NCBI GenBank assembly: GCA_964016885.1
Contig: OZ024756.1
Span: forward strand, 15,252,001-15,316,000
Origin: Eledone cirrhosa
Taxonomy: Eukaryota
Direction of reading: 5' to 3'
DNA: 64,000 nt
Shown: positions 29,901 to 43,586 of the stretch, piece after piece
Layout: the number at the start of each line of letters is the position of its first letter
Numbering within the stretch: the stretch's first letter is position 1
Translations under genes and position numbers: made by a program
The notes under the pieces: generated by a model
Told to the model about the DNA's origin: nothing
Seen by the model: only the letters and a program-made list of their open reading frames with translations
The model's database searches: none

Positions 29901-32900
29901 ACTATTATATTTTCATGGTAAAGGCTTTACCTCACATAATATCTCACATAACATTGACATTACTCTATATATACTATTATATTTTCATGGTAAAGGCTTT
30001 ACCTCACATAATATCTCACATAACATTTACATTACTCTATATATACTATTATATTTTCATGGTAAAGGCTTTACCTCACATAATATCTCACATAACATTT
30101 ACATTACTCTATATATACTATTATATTTTCATGGTAAAGGCTTTACCTCACATAATATCTCACATAACATTTACATTACTCTATATATACTATTATATTT
30201 TCATGGTAAAGGCTTTACCTCACATAATATCTCACATAACATTTACATTACTCTATATATCAGTTCCCGTCCCACCCTTGCAAGCAGGGAAAAGCGGACG
30301 TAAAATGAAATGATGATGATGATGATGATACTATTATATTTTCATGGTAAAGGCTTTACCTCACATAATATCTCACATAACATTTACATTACTCTATATA
30401 TACTATTATATTTTCATGGTAAAGGCTTTACCTCACATAATATCTCGCATAACATTTACATTACTCTATATATACTATTATATTTTCATGGTAAAGGCTT
30501 TACCTCACATAATATCTCACATAACATTTACATTACTCTATATATACTATTATATTTTCATGGTTAAGGCTTTACCTCACATAATATCTCACATAACATT
30601 TACATTACTCTATATATACTATTATATTTTCATGGTAAAGGCTTTACCTCACATAATATCTCACATAACATTTACATTACTCTATATATACTATTATATT
30701 TTCATGGTAAAGGCTTTACCTCACATAATATCTCACATAACATTTACATTACTCTATATATACTATTATATTTTCATGGTAAAAGCTTTACCTCACATAA
30801 TATCTCACATAACATTTACATTACTCTATATATACTATTATATTTTCATGGTAAAGGCTTTACCTCACATAATATCTCACATAACATTTACATTACTCTA
30901 TATATACTATTATATTTTCATGGTAAAGGCTTTACCTCACATAATATCTCACATAATATCGAATCTGAGATTTTGAAACTATTTATTTTGAGAACATCAG
31001 TTTGGGTGACCAGTTACAGCCAGTTTCAACAGAAAATGGTAGAGAATTCTGGCCGGTTTGAACACTAAAGGGTTAAGCCCCCAGATATTGCTGGTACTCA
31101 TTTCCAGCTGAGTATACTGGAGCAATGCGAAATGAAGTGTTTGGCTGAAGAACACAACACACAACCCAGGAATCGAACCCGTGACATTATGATCGTAAGT
31201 CCAACACCCACCCTTACCACTAGGCCACACACCACTACTTGAGGCTATGGTAAAATGATGGCATGTTGAAAATGTCGCACATTGAGATTGAATCTGACCT
31301 AATGGTTACCAAACACCTTAACCATTCAGCCATGCTGTGTCCACTGCATTTATTATACCATGGCACCATTGGTGGTACAGTGGCACCATTGGTGGTACAG
31401 TGGCACCATTGGTGGTACAGTGATACCATTGGTGGTACAGTGGCACCATTGGTGGTACAGTGGCACCATTGGTGGTACAGTGGTACCATTGGTGGTACAG
31501 TGGCACCATTGGTGGTACAGTGATACCATTGGTGGTACAGTGATACCATTGGTGGTACAGTGATACCATTGGTGATACAGTGATACCATTGGTGATACAG
31601 TGATACCATTGGTGATACAGTGATACCATTGGTGGTACAGTGGCACCATTGGTGGTACAGTGATACCATTGGTGGTACAGTGGCACCATTGGTGGTACAG
31701 TGATACCATTGGTGGTACAGTGGCACCATTGGTGGTACAGTGGCACCATTGGTGGTACAGTGATACCATTGGTGGTACAGTGATACCATTGGTGGTACAG
31801 TGGCACCATTGGTGGTACAGTGATACCATTGGTGGTACAGTGGCACCATTGGTGGTACAGTGGCACCATTGGTGGTACAGTGGCAAAATTGGTGGTACAG
31901 TGGCACCATTGGTGGTACAGTGATACCATTGGTGGTACAGTGATACCATTGGTGGTACAGTGATACCATTGGTGGTACAGTGGCACCATTGGTGGTACAG
32001 TGGCACCATTGGTGGTACAGTGATACCATTGGTGGTACAGTGGCACCATTGGTGGTACAGTGGCACCATTGGTGGTACAGTGATACCATTGGTGGTACAG
32101 TGATACCATTGGTGGTACAGTGGCACCATTGGTGGTACAGTGGCACCATTGGTGGTACAGTGGCACCATTGGTGGTACAGTGACACCATTGGTGGTACAG
32201 TGACACCATTGGTGGTACAGTGATACCATTGGTGGTACAGTGATACCATTGGTGGTACAGTGATACCATTGGTGATACAGTGATACCATTGGTGATACAG
32301 TGATACCATTGGTGGTACAGTGATACCATTGGTGGTACAGTGATACCATTGGTGGTACAGTGGCACCATTGGTGGTACAGTGGCACCATTGGTGGTACAG
32401 TGGCACCATTGGTGGTACAGTGGCACCATTGGTGGTACAGTGGCACCATTGGTGGTACAGTGGCACCATTGGTGGTACAGTGACACCATTGGTGGTACAG
32501 TGACACCATTGGTGGTACAGTGACACCATTGGTGGTACAGTGGCACCATTGGTGGTACAGTGGCACCATTGGTGGTACAGTGACACCATTGGTGGTACAG
32601 TGACACCATTGGTGGTACAGTGATACCATTGGTGGTACAGTGGCACCATTGGTGGTACAGTGGCACCATTGGTGGTACAGTGGCACCATTGGTGGTACAG
32701 TGATACCATTGGTGGTACAGTGACACCATTGGTGGTACAGTGACACCATTGGTGATACAGTGACACCATTGGTGGTACAGTGATACCATTGGTGGTACAG
32801 TGGCACCATTGGTGGTACAGTGACACCATTGGTGGTACAGTGATACCATTGGTGGTACAGTGGCACCATTGGTGGTACAGTGGCACCATTGGTGGTACAG

Positions 32901-35900
32901 TGGCACCATTGGTGGTACAGTGGCACCATTGGTGGTACAGTGATACCATTGGTGGTACAGTGATACCATTGGTGGTACAGTGGCACCATTGGTGGTACAG
33001 TGGCACCATTGGTGGTACAGTGATACCATTGGTGGTACAGTGGCACCATTGGTGGTACAGTGGCACCATTGGTGGTACAGTGGCACCATTGGTGGTACAG
33101 TGGCACCATTGGTGGTACAGTGGCACCATTGGTGGTACAGTGACACTATTGGTGGTACAGTGATACCATTGGTGGTACAGTGGCACCATTGGTGGTACAG
33201 TGGCACCATTGGTGGTACAGTGATACCATTGGTGGTACAGTGATACCATTGGTGGTACAGTGATACCAATGGTGGTACAGTGGCACCATTGGTGGTACAG
33301 TGGCACCATTGGTGGTACAGTGGCACCATTGGTGGTACAGTGATACCATTGGTGGTACAGTGATACCATTGGTGGTACAGTGATACCATTGGTGGTACAG
33401 TGACACTATTGGTGGTACAGTGATACCATTGGTGGTACAGTAATACCATTGGTGGTACAGTGATACCATTGGTGGTACAGTGGCACCATTGGTGGTACAG
33501 TGGCACCATTGGTGGTACAGTGGCACCATTGGTGGTACAGTGGCACCATTGGTGGTACAGTGCCACCATTGGTGGTACAGTGGCACCATTGGTGGTACAG
33601 TGGCACCATTGGTGGTACCATATTAATATATTATACCAATGGTGATACCATTGTACCATTGGTGGTACCATTTAATATATTATACCATTGCTCGTACCAT
33701 TGGTGGTATTACTTTTAGTGGAGAATATTACTAATTACTAAGTAAATAACCACCACCACCACCACCGCCGCCGCCACCACCACCACCACCGCCGCCACCA
33801 CCAGCAGCTATCCTGCAGAAAGAAAAAAATAAAATCACTGACCTTGTTATTTGATTCCGGGAGCATGATCCTGAGACCAGAGAGTAATAATTCTTGCATA
33901 GCATCCATACCGGAACCTGGGCAGAGAAATACATATAGGGATGAAATAGGGATCACAAGATAGGGAAGGGTAAGATACATAATGGGGGGGGGGAGAAACT
34001 AGCCCTTCCATTGCATCTAGAAGGGGACACAAAGGAGCAGAAAGATAGCAAAAGGTTCAAAGTGAAGTTATACGGACCAGCAACTGTAAAGAGATTTACA
34101 TTACTCTATATTTACTATTCTATTTTTGTGGTAAAGGCTTTACCTCACATAATATCGAATCTACAAGATTTTTATATTCATTTTTAGAACAATACCTTTA
34201 CATCAGTATGAGCAGCCAGTTTGAACAGAAAGAGATGTGAGAATTCTGGCCAGATGTGGCCAATTTAAATGCTAAAGGTTTAAGGGGGATGTCATCCCTG
34301 TATGGGAAGAGGCTAATCAGGGAGGTTATAAAGGGCCAACTGTAAGGAGCAGGGGTTTAAGAGGGATGTCACCCCTGTATGGGAAGAGGCTGACCAGGGA
34401 GGTTATAAAGGGCCAACTGTAAGGAGCAGGGGTTTAAGCCGGAATATCACCCCCATATGGGAAGAGGCTGACCAGGGAAGTTATAAAGGGCCAACTGTAA
34501 GGCGCAGGGGTTTAAGGGGGATGTCACCCCTGTATGGGAAGAGGCTGACCAGGGAAGTTATAAAGGGCCAACTGTAAGGCGCAGGGGTTTAAGGGAGATG
34601 TCACTCCCGTATGGGAAGAGGCTGACCAGGGAAGTTATAAAGGGCCAACTGTAAGGCGCAGGGGTTTAAGGGAGATGTCACCCCTGTATGGGAAGAGGCT
34701 GACCAGGGAAGTTATAAAGGGCCAACTGTAAGGAGCAGAGGTTTAAGGGGGATGTCACCTCTGTATGGGAAGAGGTTGATCAAGGAAGTTATAAAGGGCC
34801 AACTGTAAGGAGCAGGGGTTGAAGGTGACATAGAGGAAGAGAAAGTAATACTTACCACCAGTGTTAATAAGATGCTTCAAGATGGACAATATACCAATAC
34901 GGGTTTTCTCATTATTACTCTCAAGTTTCTGTAGTAGTATGGCCATCAGTTTGGACGAAAATGACCGCGCTGAAATAATTGGTCATTATTGGTGGTGTTA
35001 CAAGAGAGAGAGAGAGATGTTATTGGTGGCAGTGGTGGTGGAGGTGGTGATGTTGGTGGTGGCAGTGGTGGTAGAGGTGGTGACGGGGAGGTTGGTCGTG
35101 GTAGAGGTGGTGACGGGGAGGTTGGTGGTGGTAGTGAGGGTGGTGGTGGTGGTGGTAGTGGTTGTAGTGGTGGTAGTGGTGGTAGTGGTGGTAGTGGTGG
35201 TAGTGGTGGTAGTGGTGGTAGTGGTGGTAGTGGTCGTAGTGGTGATAGTGATGGTGGTGGTGAGGGTGGTGGTGGTAGCAGTGGCAGTGGTGGTGGTGGC
35301 AGTGGTAGTGGCAGTGATGGTGGTGGTAGAGGCAGTGGTGGTGGAGGCATTGATGGTGGTGGCATTGATGGTGGTGGTGGTAGAGGCAGTGATGGTGGTG
35401 GTGGTAGAGGCAGTGGTGGTGGAGGCATTGATGGTGGTGGCATTGATGGTGGTGATGGTGGAGGCAGTGATGGTGATGCCAGTGGTAGTGGTGGTGGTAG
35501 TGATGGTGGTGGTGGTAGTGATGGTGGTGGTGGCAGTGATGGTGGAGGCAGTGATGGTGGAGGCAGTGATGGTGGAGGCAGTGATGGTGGAGGCAGTGAT
35601 GGTGGTGACAGTGATGGTGGTGACAGTGATGGTGGTGATGGTGGTGGTGGTGGAGGCAGTGATGGTGGTGGCAGTGATGGTGGTGGTGGTGGAGGCAGTG
35701 ATGGTGGTGGCAGTGATGGTGGTGGCAGTGATGGTGGTGGCAGTGATGGTGGTGGCAGTGATGGTGGTGGTGGTGGTGGTGATGCCAGTGGTAGTGGCAG
35801 TGATGGTGGTGGTAAAACACTATCAAGACAACTTACATATCACTGTGAAACATCTCAGGACTTCATTATAATTCTTAATACTCATCGGATTATCATAATC

Positions 35901-36328
35901 CAGGGGAGCTGTCATCTACAGATAGATAATACATATATTTATATAGAGATACATGTATACATACACACACAGACAGATAAAGTATATATAGACATACATA
36001 TATACATACACACAAAGACAGATAAAGTATATATAGACATACATATATACATACACACAAAGACAGATAAAGTATATATAGACATACATATATACATACA
36101 CACAAAGACAGATAAAGTATATATAGACATACATATATACATACACACACAAAGACAGATAAAGCATATATAGACATACATATATACATACATACATACA
36201 TACACACACAAAGACAGATAAAGTATATATAGACATACATATATACATACACACAAAGACAGATAAAGTATATATAGACATACATATATACATACACACA
36301 CACACAAAGACAGATAAAGCATATATAG

Positions 36329-36380
<52 letters not shown>

Positions 36381-36452
36381 ACAGGTAAAGCATATATAGA
36401 CATACATATATACACACACAAAGACAGATAAAGTATATATAGACATACATAT

Positions 36453-36483
<31 letters not shown>

Positions 36484-36509
36484 GATAAAGTATATATAGA
36501 CATACATAT

Positions 36510-36540
<31 letters not shown>

Positions 36541-39500
36541 GACAGGTAAAGCATATATAGACATACATATATAAATACACACACAAAGACAGATAAAGCA
36601 TATATAGACATACATAGACATACATAGACATATATAGACATACATATATAGATATATGAGGATTGCAGCATCTTCAGACAATTGCCGTCTTATTGATTCT
36701 TCGTTATCATCCTATCTTCGTCCATCACTTCATAGATTTATTTTTGTAGGTCAGCTGTAGATCCGACAACATTCTAGACAACATTCCTGAAAAGTTTTTC
36801 AACTGCCCTTTATGCACCTTCTCCACTCAGCCCTATTTAGAGCTTTCTCCTCCCAATTGTCTATATCAAATGCCAGCTCTTTGAGGTTGTTCTTGATGCT
36901 GTCCTTGTACCTCATTTTCAGTTTGTGTTGAGCCCTTTTTCCAAGATGGAGCTTGTGGTAAAACAGTTCCTTTGGGATCCTGCTTTCTTTCATACACACG
37001 ATGCATCCTGTCCAGCACATTTGAGAAGATGTTACTCGAGACTCAATGCTAGGACATCCTGCTTTGATAAGGACATGGATGTCAGGAGTTCTGTCTTGCC
37101 ACTTGATGTTGAATATGCGCCTTAAACATTTCTGCTGAAAGCATTCAATTTGATGTCATCATCATCATCATCATTTCATTTTACGTCCGCTTTTCCCTGC
37201 TTGCAAGGGTGAGACGGGAACTGATTGTGGCTTGATTTCTACAGCTGGATGCCCTTCCTAACACCAACCTCATTTACAGTGAGTGCTGGGTGCTTTTTTT
37301 GCCATGGCACCTCCACGACCACTTTGCAGTGGAATGATAGGGACCCCAGTCCCTATCATCTCATTTCTACAGCTGAGTAAACTGGAGCAATGTGAAATAA
37401 AGTGTCTTGCTCAAGGAAACAACACATCACCCGGTCTGAGAATTGAACTCACAACCTTTTGATTGCAAGGCCAATGCTCTAACCACTAAGCCATGTGCCT
37501 CCATGTTTGTGGAATTGTGTCCAGGTTTCGGTGGAGTATAAAAGAGCAGACAGAACACATGATCTAGACACACACACCTTGGTATTGTTGGTAATGATGC
37601 AATTTGCCCAAACTCTTTTTTCAAATTTTCCGAAGGCAACAGAAGCCTTCTGGATGCGCAAATGTATTTCAGCATCCAAGGAGCCATCATTTGAGAGTAT
37701 ACTACCCAAGTAGACAAATTGATCTACTACTCCCAGCCTGGTTCCATGATATTGGGTTCAGTATATGGTTCTCCAAGAGCAGAGGTAAACATTACTTTGG
37801 TCTTTTTAAGGCTGATTGTAAGTCCAAATACTGTACATGAGGATAAGAAATGGTCCATAATGTGTTGCTAGGAAGTCAGCATCGTCAGCATTAAGAAGGT
37901 CTCTGATCAAAGCTTGAAACGTTTTTGTCTTGGCATTGAATTTTCTTAAGTTGAAAACCTTTCCAGTGGTTCTGAACCATAAGATAATGCCTCTGTCACA
38001 ATCATGGAAAGCATGTGTGGCAGCAAAGAAGATGGAGAAAAGTGTAGGAATATCCCCTTGCTTTACCCCGTTGTCAATTGGGATTTCCCCAGATAGCTGA
38101 CCATTGAAAGTAGGCCAAACTTTCATATTTCCGTACAGCTACTTTAGCATACTCACAAACTTGAGTGGACATCCTACTTTTCCAAGTATTATCCAGAGTG
38201 CATCTCTGTCGATCTAACAAAGGCTTTTGACACAGTTAACAAAGGCTTTTGAGACAGTTAACAAAGACTTGATATAGAGGGACACACTGCTCAATGCATT
38301 TTTCTAGTATTTATGTTACAGAGAAAATGATGTCAACTGTTCCCCTCCTGCCTATAAAACCACTCTGTGATCGCTACAGGACAGATATTCTCCTCCAGTC
38401 TGTTGAGCAAAAGTCTTGCAAGAACCTTGCCAACAGCTTCCAACAAAGTGATGCCACGGTAGTTTCCACATATCGATTTTTCACCTTTGATCCAGTCTTG
38501 CAGAATCTGGGTGCCATTCCAAAATTCAGTGATGAAGTTGCTTATTGCTTCTGTTACATTATCACTACCGACTTTCAGCAGATCGACTGGGATACCATCT
38601 GGAGCTGGTGCCTTGACTACCAGCTTTATTTCATCAACAGAAGGAAGTCGATCCATACGATGGACTGCTTCACATTGAGGAAGGCCCTCTATCACTCCAA
38701 AATTAACTGCTGATGGGTTGTCAAACAGGTCAGCAAAGTGTTCCTCCCAATGCTGAAGGATTTTTGATGGCTCTTTGATGATGCTATTAGCATCTCAGAA
38801 GAGATACTGAGGATGTTGGTGGGCCAAAGACTTGGGGTATCAATGAGTAAAATGACTTTAAAGCCTGTTGGATTTCCGAAGAGATATTACTCCACCACTC
38901 ATTTTGCATCCTGCACAGTTCGCGTTGCAGTGCTGCCTTGTGATCTTTGTAGGCTTTCCTGACAGCTGGTTGTGTGTCTGATTTAGGAACTTTTCATAGA
39001 GAGTGTGTTTGGTTTTCATTAGCTGATTGATATTAGGATTGTTGTCATCAAACCAATCCTGGTGTTTCTTGGTTCTGAAGCCAAGTACCTCAGCTCCCAC
39101 CGAGTAAACTTGATCTCTCAAGTTTTCCCAGGTGCCATCAAAATCAAGACCATCAAATCTTTCAGTTAGGATAGCACGCACATCTGCTCACCTCAGTTTG
39201 GTAACATCAATGTTTCGGTGCTTTCACTCCACTCATACAAATTCTTTTGCAGATACTCATCTCGAACTTTTCTTGCACTAATTTGTGGTCAGTGCCACAT
39301 TCTACACTACACAATACTTGCACTGTACACACATCACTTAGATCTCGTTTACAAGTGATGATGAAATCAATCATGTGTCCATGCTTGGACGATACCAGGT
39401 ATCATATTTATATTCGAGCTTCTGACGGAAAAAAGATGGTTAAGTTGAGTTCTGAGCAGAGTTAAAGCAACCTCAGGCCGCTGGTATTCATTTTACCAAT

Positions 39501-39962
39501 ACCAAATGCACCAATGGCGCCCCACATCTCATGGTCACTACCCACACAAGCATTAAAATCACAGAGAAGTAATAATTTATCGTCAGTAGGTGTGCATGCA
39601 ATAACAGCATGAAGAGACTCATAGAAAGAATCAAGAACCACCTCACTGGCCTGTAGAGTTGGTGCATAAACAGATAAAAGTGTTACATAATGGCCATGTC
39701 TCAGAGGAATACGGAGCTTCATAATGTGATCAGTTACAACAGTAGGACATTCCATACGATCAAGCAGGGATGTTCTAATGGCAGAGCCAACACCACCCTC
39801 TCTCCGTTCAGTTATGGGTTTACCTACCCGCCAAAAAAAGAGAGAATCCTGATGAAACTTCTGTTAATTGATCTCCTGCCAAACGTGTTTCAGATAAAGC
39901 TGCTATGTTGATACATACAGACACCCATACACACACACACAGATATATACATACAGATACAT

Positions 39963-39995
<33 letters not shown>

Positions 39996-42900
39996 CACAC
40001 TCACACATAATAATAATGGTTTCTACTATAGGCAAAGGTCAGCATTTTTTTTTTGTTGGAGGGGAAGGAGCATGGGGGGGGGTCGATTAAATCAACCCCT
40101 GTACATTACTGGTACTTTATTTTATTGACTCCAAATACAAAGAGTATTCTCAATGGAACAGAAACAACACCACCCCAAATCACGCTGCACATACCCAAGG
40201 CACACAGAGCTGTGCTCGATAATGCAGGGACAACATACAATAATAATGGTTTCTTATATAGGCACAAGGCCAGCAATTTGGGGGAAGTCGATTACATCGA
40301 CCCCAGTGCGTGACTGGTACTTTATTTTATCGACGCCATAAGGTTGAACGGCAAAGTTTAACCTCAGTGGGATTTGAACTCAGATCATAAAGGGCCGTAA
40401 CTATGCTACAAAGCATGGCGTCCAACTCTCTACTGATACCGCCAATCCACCGCCCTTAATGATAATAATATTCTTGTATTGGCCAAAAGTACCCAAGACA
40501 GTGGGGACAGTACAAGGACAATTTACAACACTTGGGTTTATATCCGGTAAAAAAGGTTTGAAATGAATAAAAACATTAAAAAAAAAACAATAAATTTCCC
40601 TAATATAAATGGTACAACCCACCTGGGGTAATTCGAGGTGAAAACCCCACAGAAAGTTCCAGATTAATGTCACCTCTCAGTTTCTTTACCTCCTATCTTA
40701 AGAATCTATATTCAGAGTCTGTCCAAAAAGACAATCAGACAATTTACCTTCTTTAACATTTAAACTGGCTGAATCTGGCCAGAAATCTCAACTCCTGTTC
40801 AAACTGACCATAACTGGCTGCTCATACTTATGTTAAGATATTGTTCTCAAAATAAATAATATCAAAATCACATAGATTCAATATTATTTGAGATAATTAT
40901 GTGAAATAAAATGTTTACCATAAAATTACAATAGTAAATATAGAGTAATGTAAATGCTAAAAGGTTAAGGTTAGTGTTAGGGTTAACTAGAGCTTATTGT
41001 TAGGGCTGTAATTACAATGATAAAAAAAAACTCACCTGTGGGAAAAGTGCATTATGGAGGTTTTCCAGATATGGTTCCATAATGGTACTTCCTTCAGAAC
41101 ATCCAGCATCCAGCACCATACAGAGAGCCTGGAATGGTAGAAAAGGCTGTTAGTAGAGGAATCTTATTGTTTGGTGTATATAAAAGATGTCCTACTTTTT
41201 TACCTTTAACTATTTCTAATGAAATATATTCTATTTCAATTAGTTAATGAAGAATTTTGAGGGATTTACTAAAATTATTAATTATTTCATTACTAAGATA
41301 GTAACTTAATGTAAGGTCTTATTTAAAATTAAATTTGAAAGATTTTAATTTAAATTGGAAACCTTTAAAATGGGTGATTTCATTTCACAGTACCAGAGCC
41401 AGTTTGGCTTGGTTGGCAACAAAAGGGTTAAAAGGGGTTTACATATTGCTTGGTGTATATGAAAACTTACATTTTTACCTTAAAAGGGGGTTTACATGTT
41501 TAGTGTATATGAATGATACTCTACATTTTTACCTCTAAAAAAAAGAGGGGTTTACAAAATGTTTGGCGAATATGAAGGATACTCTTTTTACCTTAAAAAG
41601 GGAGTTACATACTATTCAGTGTATAAGAAAGATGCTCTATATTTTTACCTTAAAAAAGGGGGTTTAGATAAAGATCGAGGATAATAGAGTGTGGCTTTAG
41701 ATGAGAAATAGGTAAAAAAGGAAAATATTGAAAATGGAAACAAAATGGCCAACAACAGCAGCAGTAATAATAATGATTGTTTTTACTTTAGGCACAAGGT
41801 TAGCAATTTGGGGTAGAATAAAGTCAATTAAATCGACCTCAGTGCATTACAGGTACTTTATTTTATCGACCCTGTAAGGATGCAGGGCAAAGCTAACCTC
41901 AGCGAGATTTGAAATCAGAACGTGAAGGGGCGTAACTGTTTGCTGAAAACCATGTCCAGCGCTCTGAGACTGCCAAACTATTACCCTCATTTAGGCACAA
42001 AGCCAATGATTTGTGGGGAAGGTTTATTACATCAACCCCAGTATGTGACTGGTACTTTATTTTATCCACCCCTCCTCAGACAGATGGAAGGCAATGCTGA
42101 CTTTGGCACAAGGGAAGCTGCCATGATGTCTTTGACTAAACAGAAGAGCCTTCTAGGCCCTTTATTTGACTGCAAAATAAAATAAAAGAACAGAAAGAAA
42201 CAGGTTTCAAACTTACTTGGGTGATGTGAAAAGATACTTGATGCTTCTTGTATAATCCAAGAACTCCATGGATGAGTTTGGGAAGTTGTTCTTCCAAATC
42301 ATTCCGATTCATAATATGAGTCATTGGACCAATAGCTTCTATCACAGCAAGTCGCAACTGGAAACAGAGAAACAGAACTATAGCAAGTCACAACTGGAAG
42401 ATAAGGAAACAGAGGTTTAGTACTATAGACTATCACAGCAAGTCACAACTGGAAGATAGGGAATTAGAGGTTTAGTACTATAGACTATCACAGCAAGTCA
42501 CAACTGGAAGATAGGGAATTAGAGGTTTAGTACTATAGACTATCACAGCAAGTCACAACTGGAAAATAGGGAAATAAAACTATAGCTTCTATCACAATAA
42601 GTCACAACTAGAAAATAGGAATCAGAACTATTGCAAGTCACAATAGGGATTAGAACTATAGCTTCTATTACAGCACGAGTCACAACTGAGAAATAGGGAT
42701 TAGAACTATAGTTTCTATTACAGCACAACGAGTCACAACTGAGAAATAGGGATTAGAACTATAGTTTCTATTACAGCACAACGAGTCACAACTGAGAAAT
42801 AGGGATTAGAACTATAGTTTCTATTACAGCACAACGAGTCACAACTGAGAAATAGGGATTAGAACTACAGCTTCTATTAAGTCACAACTGGGAAATAGGG

Positions 42901-43105
42901 CAACAGGACAAAGTTATGGTGAATATGAGTGAGTGTATGTGTGTGTATCCATGTGAGTGTGTGTATGTGTCAGTGTGAATGTGTCTGAATGTGTGGGTGA
43001 AAGAATATGTGTGCAAGAATGTAAATATGTTGGTTCTTTCATCTTTATATGCACACGGACTCAGGTGCATGCACGCAGAGAGAGCGAGAGAGCGAGAGCG
43101 AGAGC

Positions 43106-43137
<32 letters not shown>

Positions 43138-43554
43138 AAGAGAGAAAGAGAGAGAGAGAAAGAGAGAGAGAGAGAAAGAGAGAGTAATCAAGTGTGTCAC
43201 TTTTAACTCATTTCTTACCATATTTTTAATGACTCATTCCGAGGTTTTCAAATAAAAAATTTGGAGGGAATTTTGTAATATAACTAACTTTTCTCATTAT
43301 TAAACCGGTGTTTGGAACATAACTTAAAGACTCACATAAAATTATAATGGAAGATTTTTTTTTAGCTAAATATAAACACTTTAACCATTTTGTTACCATA
43401 TATCTAATGAAAGACACTGTCTATGATATTTTAAAGATTTTAAGAATAATCAAGGATTTGTGTGGATTTAGTAATATAACTAACTTCCTCATTATTCAGT
43501 TAGTATTTGGAACATAACTTAAAGGTTCTTTCATAAAATTATGATGGAAAGTTG

Positions 43555-43586
<32 letters not shown>

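Noticed and set aside
31235-33718. 600-770-aa ORFs and a CRISPR-like appearance
   Set aside because: All frames translate one 20-bp unit. There are no unique spacers or cas genes, and the array lies in a eukaryotic intron.
33813-33830. Strong acceptor (TTTCTTTCTGCAG) about 30 nt after the exon J donor
   Set aside because: The implied intron is too short and the following sequence is a GGT repeat with no homology. Exon J joins exon K in frame.
34861-36681. Gly/Asp-rich, Val-rich and His-rich long ORFs
   Set aside because: They are microsatellite translations that overlap true MROH1 exons H and I on other frames or strands.
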